From assembly GCA_965242795.1 (NCBI GenBank), contig OZ251505.1, forward strand, positions 431,133-495,132: a stretch of 64,000 nucleotides of DNA, written 5' to 3'. Under the pieces are notes generated by a model. The model made no database searches. It saw only the letters and a list, made by a program, of their open reading frames with translations, and was not told the DNA's origin. This stretch comes from an uncultured Candidatus Binatia bacterium. Lineage in GTDB: Bacteria; Desulfobacterota; Binatia; Bin18. Position 1 is the first letter of the stretch; the number at the start of each line of letters is the position of its first letter. Position numbers and translations under genes: made by a program. Below, one piece after another: positions 19,344 through 30,446 of this stretch.

Positions 19344-20588
19344 TCAGCCCGCGGCGGCCTCGGCTGAGGGATAGGGATGCAGGACCTCGTCCATGCCCCG
19401 CGCTCCCGGAAAGAAGGACAGCACGCGGATCAGGACCTCGTCCACGATGGCGTCGGGACAGGACGCGCCGCAGGTGAGCGCGACGTCCACCGGACGGTGG
19501 GCAGGCAGCCAGTCCGTGGTGGTCACGACCGACTGCGACGACAGGACGAAATGGTGGATGCGCCGGTCGGACGCAATCTCCTCCGCGCCCCGAATGAAAT
19601 ACGTCGGCATGGCATCCTGACACAGTTCGACGATGTGCGAGGTATTGGAGGAATTGTACCCGCCGACGACCAGCGCCAAATCGGCACCGTGCCGGATCAG
19701 CGCGTACGTGGCGTGCTGGTTCTCGTTGGTGGCGTAGCACAGCGTGTCGGACGTATCGGCGAAGGTGTCGGCCAGCGCGGCTTCGCCGTAGCGGTCGGCC
19801 AGTGCGGCGCGCAGAATTCTGGCGACTTGGCGCGTCTCCGACGCCAGCATGGTCGTCTGGTTCACCACTCCGAGCCGATGCAGGTCGCGCGTCGGGTCGA
19901 ATCCTTCCGAACACTTGTGGCCGAAGCGGTCGAAGAACACCGCGGGTTGGAGCCTTCCGCGGATGATGTCGCCCAGGACGTTCGCCTCTTCGCAGTTGAG
20001 CACGACAACGGTCGGCGCGTCCTGGATGCTGTGCGAAAACGTGGCGCGGGTCTCCTCGTGGGACGCCTTGCCGTGCACGACGACGGTGTAACCCGCGTGT
20101 CCCAACTGGGCGCTCCGCTTCCAGACTTTCTCCACGAACGGGCACGTCGTGTTGTAGGTATATGGGTCGAGGCCGCGGCGCGCCAAGGCTTCCTGCACCT
20201 CGATGCTCGCGCCGAAGGCCGGCACCACCACGATGTCGTCCGCGGTGAGTTCGTCCCACCCGATCAGGTGTTCGCCCGAGGACGAGAAGATGAACCGCAC
20301 GCCCCGGTCCTGCAGGTCGCGGTTGACCGCGGGGTTGTGGATCATCTCGCTGAGGAAGAAGACCCGCTTGTCGCCGTTCTCGGCCAGCGTCCGGTAGGCG
20401 ATCTCGACCGCGTTTTCCACGCCGAAGCAGAAACCGAAGTGCCGGGCCAGAATGAAGCGCACCGGCCCGAAGTCGAGCACGGTCGGCAGATGGTCCTGCT
20501 TGCGCGGGTCCTGGAATTGGCGGGATTTCTTGACCCGCGAAATCACCGAGCTTTTGTAGAAGTCCGGGATGTCGAACTGCCGCGCCAT
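19344..20588 (-). CDS. ispH: 4-hydroxy-3-methylbut-2-enyl diphosphate reductase IspH/LytB (long form)
   Basis: Conserved IspH blocks (FCFGVENAVEIA, VVVHGKASHEET, VVNQTT, VVGGYNSSNTSHIVE). Start chosen at MARQFDIPDFYKS (ATG at 20588). The upstream part of the ORF is R/P-rich junk. Confidence 0.9.
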   Translation of the reverse strand: MARQFDIPDFYKSSVISRVKKSRQFQDPRKQDHLPTVLDFGPVRFILARHFGFCFGVENAVEIAYRTLAENGDKRVFFLSEMIHNPAVNRDLQDRGVRFIFSSSGEHLIGWDELTADDIVVVPAFGASIEVQEALARRGLDPYTYNTTCPFVEKVWKRSAQLGHAGYTVVVHGKASHEETRATFSHSIQDAPTVVVLNCEEANVLGDIIRGRLQPAVFFDRFGHKCSEGFDPTRDLHRLGVVNQTTMLASETRQVARILRAALADRYGEAALADTFADTSDTLCYATNENQHATYALIRHGADLALVVGGYNSSNTSHIVELCQDAMPTYFIRGAEEIASDRRIHHFVLSSQSVVTTTDWLPAHRPVDVALTCGASCPDAIVDEVLIRVLSFFPGARGMDEVLHPYPSAEAAAG

Positions 20589-20739
20589 GTCTCTGTATGC
20601 AGGATTTCCGCCGGAGTCGCGGGCGGGCCGCCGACTGTCCGAACGCGGGGAAGATGCGGGATTCTGCCTACCAGATTCGGGCCGGGGCCGCAATTCTCGC
20701 CCCGTCGGCGGATGAGGCAGTCTTCCTTTGCAAGGGAAT

Positions 20740-21000
20740 TCCATACAAGAGGGTCCTCCTGGTCAAAGAGCTGGGGTGCGGGGCGAAGGCCGCGGTGACC
20801 TCGGGGTTCGTTTCGACAGGCTCAACGAACTGAGGGGGGCGGGGAAGGTCCTTGAGCCCGTCGAAAGGCCGGGGGCTGGGGCAGTGTGGGAGAGCGGAGG
20901 TCCTGTTGGGGTTCGCTTCGAGCCTTCGAGCCTTCGACAAGCTCGGGACAGCGCCGGCTCGACGAACTGAGGGTTGGAGAAGTCCCTACGACACCGGGTG
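20740..21000. repeat. Composite locus of repeat family A modules (direct and inverted copies)
   Basis: Reverse complement of 20800-20830 equals AGTTCGTTGAGCCTGTCGAAACGAACCCC, the core at 478-506. Further modules GGGGTTCGCTTCGAGCCTTCGAGCCTTCGACAAGCTC lie nearby. Confidence 0.7.
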
Positions 21001-21055
21001 ACTGTACGGGAGTTCTGACTGAGAGACGCCCACGCCCGCGGCTTGTTCCGTTTAA

Positions 21056-22261
<1,206 letters not shown>

Positions 22262-22289
22262 CCCCGCCCCACACCGCGGCGACCGGCCC

Positions 22290-24965
22290 TCAACGCGCCC
22301 CGCGGCCGGGCGGGGGAATGATCTTCTCGATCAGGCTCAGGCGCACCCGCGGCGCGGCGTAGGAGCCCGTTATCTTGAACGGGAGCGCCGTCAATTCATC
22401 CGCACTCCGGGCGACCAGCTTGCCGGCCAGCGGGACCTTCTCGACGACGCTGGTAATGCCGCGCAGCGGAATGACGCGCGTCGTGAGATCGACCGTTTCG
22501 TCCTGCAACCGGACCTCGCCCCAGGTATCGAGCCGGACGGCCTGCCCGACCAGGGACAGGTTGTCGGTCGTCAGCTTCCCCTGCCCGAGCGTCAGGTCGC
22601 CGGCGAGCGACGAGAAGCCGAGCCCTTCGCCGGGAATTTCCGGCAGGACGAAACTCAGAATGCTTTGCAAGCTGAGCGCCGTCCAGAGCCGGACCAGAAT
22701 CGGGACCCGTTTGGCCACGCCGTCCCGGAACGCGACGGCCAACTCGCCGGCCCAATCCGCGGGTTCGTTCCACGCTTCCCAGTGGGCGATTTCCAGCGTG
22801 CCGCTCGCGTCGAGCGTGCCCGACACCACGTCCGTGGGATGTCCCAACACGGCGAAGAACGGCCCGGCCTCCGCGCCACTGATGCGCGGCGCCACGGACA
22901 GCGCGTTGGAGTCGAGCCAGAGGGTAGCGGTCCCGGCGATCTGTCCCTCCGCAACGCCGGCCTCGGCAAGCGCGAAATCGACCTGCCGGGCGTGGCGGTG
23001 CACGGAAAGGTGCACGTCCTCCGCGGAAAAGTCCCCATACCGGACCCGGGCGCAGCGGGCGTCGAGATGGACGTCGGGGCGGGTTTCTCGAACCTGCGTG
23101 TCCGGCTCCGGGTCGTCCGCGCCGAACCGCAACACCGGTTCGAGGTCCATGTCTTCGCAGGCCAGCGTGATCGACACGTCCAGCGGGTCGAAGCTGCGGA
23201 CCTCGGCCGAACCACTGAGACGATTGCCGGACAGGCTGCCGTCCGCCACCTCGACGCGAGCCGCCGCACCGTTCCACGACACCTGCCCGGTTACAATGTC
23301 GAGGGGAGCAAACGCGGTGGCGACATCTACGCGCGCGTGGCCGAGATTGAGGCGCCCGCTGGTATGCAGCCCCTCGGATTCCGGGCCGAAGCGGGCGTGC
23401 AGTTCGCCGTCCAGCCGGCCGGTCGAGGGCCACGAGCCGCCGTCGGGCAGCAGCGCGGCAACGTCACTCATGCGCGCATGCGGCACCGCCACGTGCAGGC
23501 GGCCGCGGCGGCTTGCGGCGAACGGGTCGAATATCTCGCCGTTCAGCACGCCGCGCGACTCGCCCAGGCGAAACGCGATGTCCTCCAGCACGGCCTGTTG
23601 CGGCGTGACGCGGACCAATCCGTTCACGTCCGATACGGCCGTCTCCCATTCGGGTAGCCGAAGACCGGCAGACTGCCAGCGTAAGGTCGCGGCAAAAACT
23701 GTCGGGCCGTGCCGGTTCTGCGGGCCGGAGACCGGCATCTCGGCCTGCAACTCCACGTCCACATGACCCCCATCCGCGGAAATGGACGAGGCGAACGCGG
23801 CGGTCTCGGCAAGGCGACCGGACAGCGTCTCGATCCGGCCCTCAATCACCAGCGCCGCCATGTCCGCTGCGGATGATCCGAACAGTCCGGCTGGTGACGG
23901 GCGTTCGGACTTCTCGGACACGCGAACCGGGGACGGCCAGCTCAGTTCGTCAATCGTGATGCGCCCCTTGTGTACGTCGAGGTGGGGAAATTGCGCAGTG
24001 CGGATGTCGAGCACCCCGCGGGCGCGGGTTCGACCGGCCTCGGGCGTGACGTAGCTTCCCGAAAAATCGATGTTGGCCCGCGGCCATTCCGCGTCGAACC
24101 ACTCGCCGAGTTCACGCAGCGCAACGTTCTCCAACACGACGTCGCCTTGCCAGAGAACGCCTTCTGCCTCTCCGACCGCGGCTTCCTGCGCCGCGGACCG
24201 ATCTCCCGATCTGGTGTCCAGCGTCAGCCTGCCCATTTCGCCCTGCCGGCCGAGGTCCGCGGCGAACCGGGCGGAGACGTCGCGCCGACCGCCGACCGCG
24301 ACTCGCAGTCCGGCGTTGCTGAAAACCACCGGTGGCGTGCCGTATCGCTGCGTGAGGACGACCTCGGCTCGATCCACGACGATGCGCCGCACGCTCAGTC
24401 GCGGGGAGAACCAGCCCTCGTCCGTGGGTTCGGCTTCGACGGTCCCAGAGGGCGGAAGCGCGGACCATGTCGGGCCGGAGAACAGGCCGGCGAGGAACGC
24501 AGCAGAAGGCACGGCCGGAATGCCCTGTTCGGCGGGCAGCGGGGAAGCTTCCGCGGTCGGGGCCGCGAGACGGAGGCTCGGTTGTAGACAGTAGATGCGC
24601 CGAAACAGGAGTTCGCCACGCCACAACGCCCAGAAATCGAGCGAAAGATCGAGCCGTTGCGCAGTCAGAGACTGGCCGGGCGCGCCCAGGTCCTGCACCG
24701 CCACGTCCGCGAACCGGATGCCCAAGCCCCGCCTGAACGACAGTCGGCTCGAACCGATGTCCACCTCGGCACCCAGCCAGGTTTCGATTTCGCGTTCGAG
24801 CACCGCGACGTAGCGCTCGCCGGACAGAAACCAGCCGAGCCCGGCCAATGCGGCCAATACCGAACCGAAGAGGACGACGGCCGCGCCGAACACCCACCGC
24901 CGCCAACGCGGAGGGCGGCGGCGCTCCGCGGGGGGCGCGTCGTCAGGGCGACGGGACCGAGGCAT
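22290..24965 (-). CDS. AsmA-family / DUF3971-like large envelope protein (N-terminal TM anchor, long beta-rich periplasmic region)
   Basis: Start set at MPRSRRPDD...WVFGAAVVLFGSVLAALAGLGWFL (ATG at 24965). The AsmA-like C-terminus is ...LPFKITGSYAAPRVRL. The 1163-aa ORF in the track extends spuriously over the upstream hydrolase gene. Confidence 0.7.
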   Translation of the reverse strand: MPRSRRPDDAPPAERRRPPRWRRWVFGAAVVLFGSVLAALAGLGWFLSGERYVAVLEREIETWLGAEVDIGSSRLSFRRGLGIRFADVAVQDLGAPGQSLTAQRLDLSLDFWALWRGELLFRRIYCLQPSLRLAAPTAEASPLPAEQGIPAVPSAAFLAGLFSGPTWSALPPSGTVEAEPTDEGWFSPRLSVRRIVVDRAEVVLTQRYGTPPVVFSNAGLRVAVGGRRDVSARFAADLGRQGEMGRLTLDTRSGDRSAAQEAAVGEAEGVLWQGDVVLENVALRELGEWFDAEWPRANIDFSGSYVTPEAGRTRARGVLDIRTAQFPHLDVHKGRITIDELSWPSPVRVSEKSERPSPAGLFGSSAADMAALVIEGRIETLSGRLAETAAFASSISADGGHVDVELQAEMPVSGPQNRHGPTVFAATLRWQSAGLRLPEWETAVSDVNGLVRVTPQQAVLEDIAFRLGESRGVLNGEIFDPFAASRRGRLHVAVPHARMSDVAALLPDGGSWPSTGRLDGELHARFGPESEGLHTSGRLNLGHARVDVATAFAPLDIVTGQVSWNGAAARVEVADGSLSGNRLSGSAEVRSFDPLDVSITLACEDMDLEPVLRFGADDPEPDTQVRETRPDVHLDARCARVRYGDFSAEDVHLSVHRHARQVDFALAEAGVAEGQIAGTATLWLDSNALSVAPRISGAEAGPFFAVLGHPTDVVSGTLDASGTLEIAHWEAWNEPADWAGELAVAFRDGVAKRVPILVRLWTALSLQSILSFVLPEIPGEGLGFSSLAGDLTLGQGKLTTDNLSLVGQAVRLDTWGEVRLQDETVDLTTRVIPLRGITSVVEKVPLAGKLVARSADELTALPFKITGSYAAPRVRLSLIEKIIPPPGRGAR

Positions 24966-24982
24966 GTCTCTCGATGCCCGAT

Positions 24983-25843
24983 CTACCGAGATGCCGCGCC
25001 GTCGGGCGGCGGGTCGGCGACGAACTCGGCGATGGTCTCGAAATACGCATGGCCCACGACTTCGTAGAGACCGACGTGGCCGCCGGCCGGAACCGGGGAG
25101 AATCGCTTGGGCGGTGCAGCCGCCTCGTACAGCGCGCGGCCTTGCGCGAACGGTACGGTCTGATCCCGCGTCCCGTGCAGGATGAGCTTCGGGACGTCCA
25201 GTTCCGCGAGGGACCGCGCGGAATCCAGTTCGCCTTTCACCAGAAAGGCCAGCGGCGGCAGGACGCGGCGCGCCATCGCGTGCAGCGAATAGAACGGCGC
25301 CTCCAGGATGAGGCGGTCCGGGGCGCGGGGAGCCGGGTCCTGCCGGGTTCCCTTCCGAGCGGCCCGAATTTCCGCGGCCAGCGCCACGGCGACCGCGGCG
25401 CCCAGGGACTCGCCGTGGAAGACCAACCGCTTCTCGCGCGCCCAACCCCGTTCGTGCACCATGTCCAGCACGGCCCGCCCGTCCGAGAGGATACCCGGAA
25501 TGGACGGCCTCCCGCGGCTCCATCCGTAGCCTTGATAATCGAACACCACGTGGCTGCCGCCGACGTGCTCTCGCATCAGGCGGACGTGTTCGAGCCGGTC
25601 CTGGATGTTCCCCGCGTTCCCGTGGAACCAGACGAACAGCAGGTCCCCCGGGCCGCGGACGTACCACCCATGCACGAGCGAACCCTCGCCGAACCGGACG
25701 TCTTCGTAGTCGAGTCCATAAGCCGCGGGCGTGACTTCGATGCCGACGCGGGGATGGAAGAGCAGCGCGTTCTTGAGCCATTCGACCGGCGCCCCGAGCA
25801 CCGATGCCGCCAGGGTACTCCAGCCGAGAAGGGAGTGCGTCAT
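24983..25843 (-). CDS. Alpha/beta hydrolase (GESLG nucleophile elbow)
   Basis: VWFHGNAGN...VFHGESLGAAVAVALAA...LILHGTRDQTVPF. Start at MTHSLLG (ATG at 25843). Confidence 0.75.
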   Translation of the reverse strand: MTHSLLGWSTLAASVLGAPVEWLKNALLFHPRVGIEVTPAAYGLDYEDVRFGEGSLVHGWYVRGPGDLLFVWFHGNAGNIQDRLEHVRLMREHVGGSHVVFDYQGYGWSRGRPSIPGILSDGRAVLDMVHERGWAREKRLVFHGESLGAAVAVALAAEIRAARKGTRQDPAPRAPDRLILEAPFYSLHAMARRVLPPLAFLVKGELDSARSLAELDVPKLILHGTRDQTVPFAQGRALYEAAAPPKRFSPVPAGGHVGLYEVVGHAYFETIAEFVADPPPDGAASR

Positions 25844-26034
25844 ACTCTTCGACGGGCAGGGAACGTATGCGACTTGGACGACGGAGTCCTGATCGAACTG
25901 AAAGAAAGATAAACGAGCATGTCGCGGACCGGAAGATGGTGCAGCGGCCACCCGCAAAGAGCGCGAAGCGCTCACCCGGCGCCGAGCAGAGAGGAAAATC
26001 ACCAGAAGACGATTTCTGGTCCTGGAATGCCGCG

Positions 26035-26853
26035 TCAGTCGATCCCCAAGCAGGCCAGGATCTGGTGGCGAACGTCTTGCTTGCTGGGCGCCAGCTTTGC
26101 GCGGAGCGCGGCCCGAAGATAGACGCGCAGATTGGGAATGCTGCGCAGCGCTGGCATCTCGAAACTCTGCAGCACCCGATGCAGGGTTTCGGATGTGCGC
26201 GATGGGAAGTGGTCGAGACTGCTGCGGACGATTTTCAAAAATAATCCGTGGTGGGCAAGTTCGTCATGGGCGATCCGGCGGAAACACTCGGACGCACCGA
26301 CTTCGTACCCTCGTTCGCTTTCTTCGGGCGTGGCCGCGGGAGGCAATCCGTACTCACGCCGAACCCGCGCGCGGACTCCCACATAGTGGAGATAGGTCGC
26401 CCACTCCTGCACCATCGAATACACGGTGGCGCCGAGCGGCGCTTCCAGACCGGCATGATCGTGTGCGTTCCAAGCGACATCGTGCGCGCGATTCAGATAC
26501 GCTCGGATCTGCGTCTCCGTGCGCACGCCGGAATGCTGCAATGCGAGTTCCAACGCGGCACCGTGGCGGGCCTCTTCCGCCCCCCACTGGAGTTGCAGGT
26601 TACGTCGGGTCCGATCGCGGTCGAACAGTTCGAGCCCGACTCGCGTATATTCCGCCACGTGTTCTTCCACGCTCAGGGAACCTTCGATCAAGGTGACCGT
26701 CTCCGTGCTCAGCCTGCCTCCGAGCGGCTCCATTTCTTCGAGAGGAAAATCGTGCCACGGGGACCAGTTCCGTGTCTTCATGGATTTCTGGAAAAACCGC
26801 ATGACATGCTCCGAAATTTCCTGCTCGAAGGTCGGCTGTCTCACCTCGGACAT
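26035..26853 (-). CDS. Acyl-ACP desaturase-like di-iron (ferritin-like) protein
   Basis: Two E-x-x-H di-iron motifs (EEARHG, DELAHH). Start at MSEVRQP, with an AAGGAGGAG RBS. Confidence 0.7.
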   Translation of the reverse strand: MSEVRQPTFEQEISEHVMRFFQKSMKTRNWSPWHDFPLEEMEPLGGRLSTETVTLIEGSLSVEEHVAEYTRVGLELFDRDRTRRNLQLQWGAEEARHGAALELALQHSGVRTETQIRAYLNRAHDVAWNAHDHAGLEAPLGATVYSMVQEWATYLHYVGVRARVRREYGLPPAATPEESERGYEVGASECFRRIAHDELAHHGLFLKIVRSSLDHFPSRTSETLHRVLQSFEMPALRSIPNLRVYLRAALRAKLAPSKQDVRHQILACLGID

Positions 26854-26954
26854 ACTCCTCCTTTTCCGTTGGACTTCCTCCCGCCAACGGTGTCGGGGAA
26901 GCGTCCACGGGAAGGAAAAGACCATCCCTTCCCGGTCTGCCGAATAAGGGAAAA

Positions 26955-28265
26955 TCAGAATGTGTAGCCCAGGTTACCGGTGACCGAATCGTAATCGCGC
27001 CCAAAGGTATAGGTCACACCCAACGAGAGCTTGTCCGTCAAGAATCCGAGGAAATCGACGGGTGATCCGACGCTCAGCGAAAGCTCGTGAAAGTGGTTCA
27101 AATACAAATCCGTCCCAGCCAGATAGGTGTGAGCGTACGAGGCGTCCACTTCCAGATTATGGTCTCCGAAGATTTTGAGACCGAGCGGGTGAGAGAACAT
27201 CACCCCGTTCTTGAACGCGGTATTTCGAATGTCCGGATTGAAGCTGTAATCTCCGATGGAGAGCTTCAACGTCTGATAGCGACCGATCATATTTCCCAGC
27301 ACGATCTTCGTTCGCTTGCTCAGTCCGAGGTTGCCCACCGGCAGGTGTTCCGCCAAGTTGTACTTGCTCGTCATAGAGCCGCCGATGATCTGGCCGACGG
27401 AGGCCGCGTCGTACGAGCCCGTCAGACCGTATGCTAGCGACGCCGTGACTGCCCAATTCCGCATGACCGGGACCGTCAGACCGGCTCCAGGGGCCACACT
27501 GTAAACGTCTGCGCCCTCGATGTCGACATAGGTCAGCGGAAGTTTGAACGTCAGTTTCGTGCCGGGCCAGCGGTCGAGTTTCAGGGTGTACTTGAGCGGA
27601 GCCGTCAGGCTCGTTCCACGAAACCCCCCGGCTTTGAAGCTCCCGCCATTGATCTGCAGACCGATTAAATTGGTCGTACCCTGTGTGCCCCCCGGGTCGT
27701 GAAGGGTCGTCCGGTCGGTAGCGAAGCCTCCGTCGTTGAAAGCGCTGTTGAGCAATGTCGATTGCAAGCTGTTCGGATTGCCGGCAATCGGGTCCACCGG
27801 AGAAACGCGCGCAAGTTCTTTTTGGATGCGGTCGAGAATGTTTGCCCCATCCTTCTCCAGAAAATCGACGAACTCATCAACGCTGTCGTCCCGCGTGGCA
27901 CCCATGAAGCTTTTATCGATGTTCAGTGATTCCACCTGGAAATGCAGAACGGTACTGTCCTTCTCGAATTGGGCGCGCATGTCCAATCCGCGGAAATTGA
28001 TGTCGCCGACAACCGCAAGGGAATCGTCGTAGGTAGGAAAGATAGCGTTCAGTGGGTCGCTCTCGGCAAAGCGCATTACGTCTTCGGCTCGGGAGAATCC
28101 GCGCACGTCGCTATCCATATATGCCGTTCCCTGGCCAATGACGACGTCGACGGTGAACAGATCTGCCCCCAAAGTCTCGGTTGGAGACACCGGCACTATG
28201 CAGAGCACCGTCAGTAAAAGGAGACCCGCCCAGCTTCTTCCCTTGTGCTTGCTGTTTTTCGACAT
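26955..28265 (-). CDS. Outer-membrane beta-barrel protein (hypothetical)
   Basis: Signal peptide MSKNSKHKGRSWAGLLLLTVLCIVPVSPTETLGA, alternating amphipathic beta pattern, C-terminal ...GNLGYTF aromatic terminus. GC is lower (~55%). Confidence 0.6.
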   Translation of the reverse strand: MSKNSKHKGRSWAGLLLLTVLCIVPVSPTETLGADLFTVDVVIGQGTAYMDSDVRGFSRAEDVMRFAESDPLNAIFPTYDDSLAVVGDINFRGLDMRAQFEKDSTVLHFQVESLNIDKSFMGATRDDSVDEFVDFLEKDGANILDRIQKELARVSPVDPIAGNPNSLQSTLLNSAFNDGGFATDRTTLHDPGGTQGTTNLIGLQINGGSFKAGGFRGTSLTAPLKYTLKLDRWPGTKLTFKLPLTYVDIEGADVYSVAPGAGLTVPVMRNWAVTASLAYGLTGSYDAASVGQIIGGSMTSKYNLAEHLPVGNLGLSKRTKIVLGNMIGRYQTLKLSIGDYSFNPDIRNTAFKNGVMFSHPLGLKIFGDHNLEVDASYAHTYLAGTDLYLNHFHELSLSVGSPVDFLGFLTDKLSLGVTYTFGRDYDSVTGNLGYTF

Positions 28266-28445
28266 ACCCCTTCCTTCCTCGTTGAAACAGGCTCCAGGAC
28301 GAGCCCATCTCGCGCCTGGATTCGAGAGACGAAGGGATTCTACGTCCAGCAAGCAGTATTTATCAAGTAATTTATGTCTGTCAAACGGTTTATTTATGAT
28401 TCGCGATTTCCCACACTGCGTCCACGTTCCGAGGCACTGCGTGAT

Positions 28446-28766
28446 ATGGAAGAGCGAAAACTGTTGGGGCGACGCATCAAAACCTTAAGAAAATCAAAGG
28501 GTTACACGCAAGAGCAGCTTGCCGAGATCATCCATGCGAACGTCAAATACCTTGCCGGGATTGAACGGGGAGAGGCGAATCCGACGATCTCGCTGCTCGA
28601 ACGAATCTCTTCGGGCCTGAATTTGCCGCTGTTCGAACTATTTCAATATGCCGAGACAGGGATGTCTCCGGCACAGCTTCGGGAAACGCTGGATCGACTT
28701 GTTGTCGAGGCGAAAGATGAAGACCTGCCCCGTTTGACCCGTATTTTCAGGGTCCTGGTCCGCTAA
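28446..28766 (+). CDS. XRE-family HTH transcriptional regulator (Cro/C1-type), divergent from the OMP gene
   Basis: LGRRIKTLRKSKGYTQEQLAEIIHANVKYLAGIERGEANPTISLLERISSGLNLPLFELF is a classic HTH_3. Confidence 0.75.
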   Translation: MEERKLLGRRIKTLRKSKGYTQEQLAEIIHANVKYLAGIERGEANPTISLLERISSGLNLPLFELFQYAETGMSPAQLRETLDRLVVEAKDEDLPRLTRIFRVLVR

Positions 28767-28851
28767 CGGCACTATAATGGATTCGGCGTCGGACTTCGAG
28801 AATCGAATATACGGCCACGGAGCCTGTTCGTCCGGCTACTCGGGCCGCACC

Positions 28852-29283
28852 TTACTTCTTCCCGTACAGGCCGCTGCGGTCTTCCAGCAGGTCGCTCGGC
28901 GCCAACGTGTCTTCGGGGCTCTCCTGGCCGCTGACGAAGCGATAGCTCGCCAGGATCAGAGCGTCGGTCGCTTCTTCGTCGGCCAAGGTTTCGGCGCTGA
29001 GGGCCAGATATTCGCGCATCGCGATCTTTCCGGCGCCCGGACGGAATATCGCGCCCGCGCCGCGGGTACATGCCTGCGCAAGCTGGGCGGCAGGCAGCTT
29101 GAGGGCCAAGTCGCCGGCGAGCAGAAAGCAGAACGGGTTCCCGCCTGCGTAATAACACAAGCCACCGAACATGCGGCGGCGGGTCACGCCCTTGAGCGCC
29201 AGCCGCGAGAGCGCCTCGTCGAACGTGAGTTGGTGGCGCGGCGGCGGGCGTTTCGTCGTGGCGTGGGGCGCTTTTCGTGCCAT
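28852..29283 (-). CDS. TfoX/Sxy N-terminal-domain protein
   Basis: KGVTRRRMFGGLCYYAGGNPFCFLLAGDLALKL matches the TfoX_N signature. Confidence 0.7.
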   Translation of the reverse strand: MARKAPHATTKRPPPRHQLTFDEALSRLALKGVTRRRMFGGLCYYAGGNPFCFLLAGDLALKLPAAQLAQACTRGAGAIFRPGAGKIAMREYLALSAETLADEEATDALILASYRFVSGQESPEDTLAPSDLLEDRSGLYGKK

Positions 29284-29317
29284 GCCGATGTCGGGCGGAG
29301 CGAGTGGCGACGCGCGT

Positions 29318-29791
29318 TCAGGGCAACGCTCGGACCGTCTCCTCCTCGACGATGCCGGGCGCGGGCGTCAGACCCAGCCCGACCAGCAGCCAGAGCAGGA
29401 TCAGCCCGCACACGACGCCGATCCCCACCGCGCCCCAGTGCGAGGCCATCTCGCCGCCACGTTCGATATGCGCGGCAATCGCCCGGCCTTGGAGACGGGT
29501 CGCCAGTAGATACATGATGGCAACCTGCACCAGGACGAGCAGCGCCTCGAGGAGACGCAGGTCGGATGGAACCAGACCGCCCAGCGTCACCGAGGCGCAC
29601 GTGAGCAAGCCCGTCCACAGCAGGATCTGAGGAATGACGCCCGGTTGCGCCAGCCGCTGACAGTTGAGCGACAGCACGACCCCGCCCGCGATCGGCGAGC
29701 CGAGAAACGTCGCCAGTACGACGGCCAACACCGAGTACAGCCGCTCCGACGTGACGTCGGTCGTCCGGCGAGGCAAGTCGGTGGGCGGCAT
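29318..29791 (-). CDS. Hypothetical integral membrane protein (4 TM)
   Basis: Hydrophobic helices LYSVLAVVLATFLGSPIAGGVVL, ILLWTGLLTCASVTLGGLV, LLVLVQVAIMYLLA and GIGVVCGLILLWLLVGLGL. Confidence 0.45.
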   Translation of the reverse strand: MPPTDLPRRTTDVTSERLYSVLAVVLATFLGSPIAGGVVLSLNCQRLAQPGVIPQILLWTGLLTCASVTLGGLVPSDLRLLEALLVLVQVAIMYLLATRLQGRAIAAHIERGGEMASHWGAVGIGVVCGLILLWLLVGLGLTPAPGIVEEETVRALP

Positions 29792-30006
29792 GACGGCGTT
29801 CGAATCGTGGATGCCTGAGCGGGGGAGATGTCAGGCAGGGCTTGAATACGCGCCCGAAGCTACCCGCTGCCCGATGACAATTCAAGCGGAGCCTAGGGCA
29901 ATGCGTCAGGAGAGGATGGGCATCCTTCCCCCATCTCGACTTCCGTCGAAGTGACGAATAGGAGGCGGGTAAGGACCACGAGAGGAAAACGGAAAGGTCG
30001 CCGTTT

Positions 30007-30033
30007 GTAGGGGCGAAAAATCTTTCGCCCCCC
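30007..30033. repeat. Hairpin repeat family B copy: GTAGGGGCGA-AAAATCTTT-CGCCCC
   Basis: Stem GGGGCGAAA/TTTCGCCCC. Related copies occur at 32709-32738, 32776-32806, 32832-32861 and 57789-57816, with conserved stems and variable loops. Confidence 0.65.
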
Positions 30034-30117
30034 CGCCCGCATCCAGAACCTGTACTGTGATTGGTGAGCCCGGTCCCCGAGCGTGGAGGAGGGAGACGAA
30101 GGAGGTGGACTCCGCAG

Positions 30118-30165
30118 GCAGTACTCCCCCGGGGTTCGTTTTGACAAGCTCAACGAACTTGAGGG
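30118..30165. repeat. Repeat family A copy (CCCCGGGGTTCGTTTTGACAAGCTCAACGAACTT), inverted relative to the copy at 478
   Basis: Near-identical reverse complement of AAGTTCGTTGAGCTTGTCGAAACGAACCCC. Confidence 0.7.
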
Positions 30166-30446
30166 AGGCACTGAGCGCGGCGCAGGGGTTTTGCTTTCTG
30201 CCCCTTCTCCCTCTGGGAGAGGGCTAGGGTGATGGGTCTGGGCGTGGTCCGAAGGATTCAGGTGGGAACGACTCCGGCTATCAAGGGCGACGCATGCGGC
30301 GTCCTCCGCAACGAATCGCGGCAAGACTCTCACGGAAACCTCCCCCGCTAAGCTGTCGGACCGTCGCTTGCCAAGCGGTGGCGAATACCGCGACGGGGAT
30401 GTATGCAGAATCCGTTCAACAATCACGACAGACAGGAGACGGGACC

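Noticed and set aside
22375-23766. 463-aa plus-strand ORF antisense to the AsmA-like gene (and similar ORFs at 22396-23433 and 22665-23657)
   Set aside because: Ser/Arg/Ala-rich low-complexity translations in a 68% GC gene.
22290-25781. 1163-aa extension of the AsmA-like ORF
   Set aside because: The first 272 residues are Arg/Pro-rich and overlap the well-supported alpha/beta-hydrolase gene (24983-25843). The start was reset to 24965, where the TM anchor begins.
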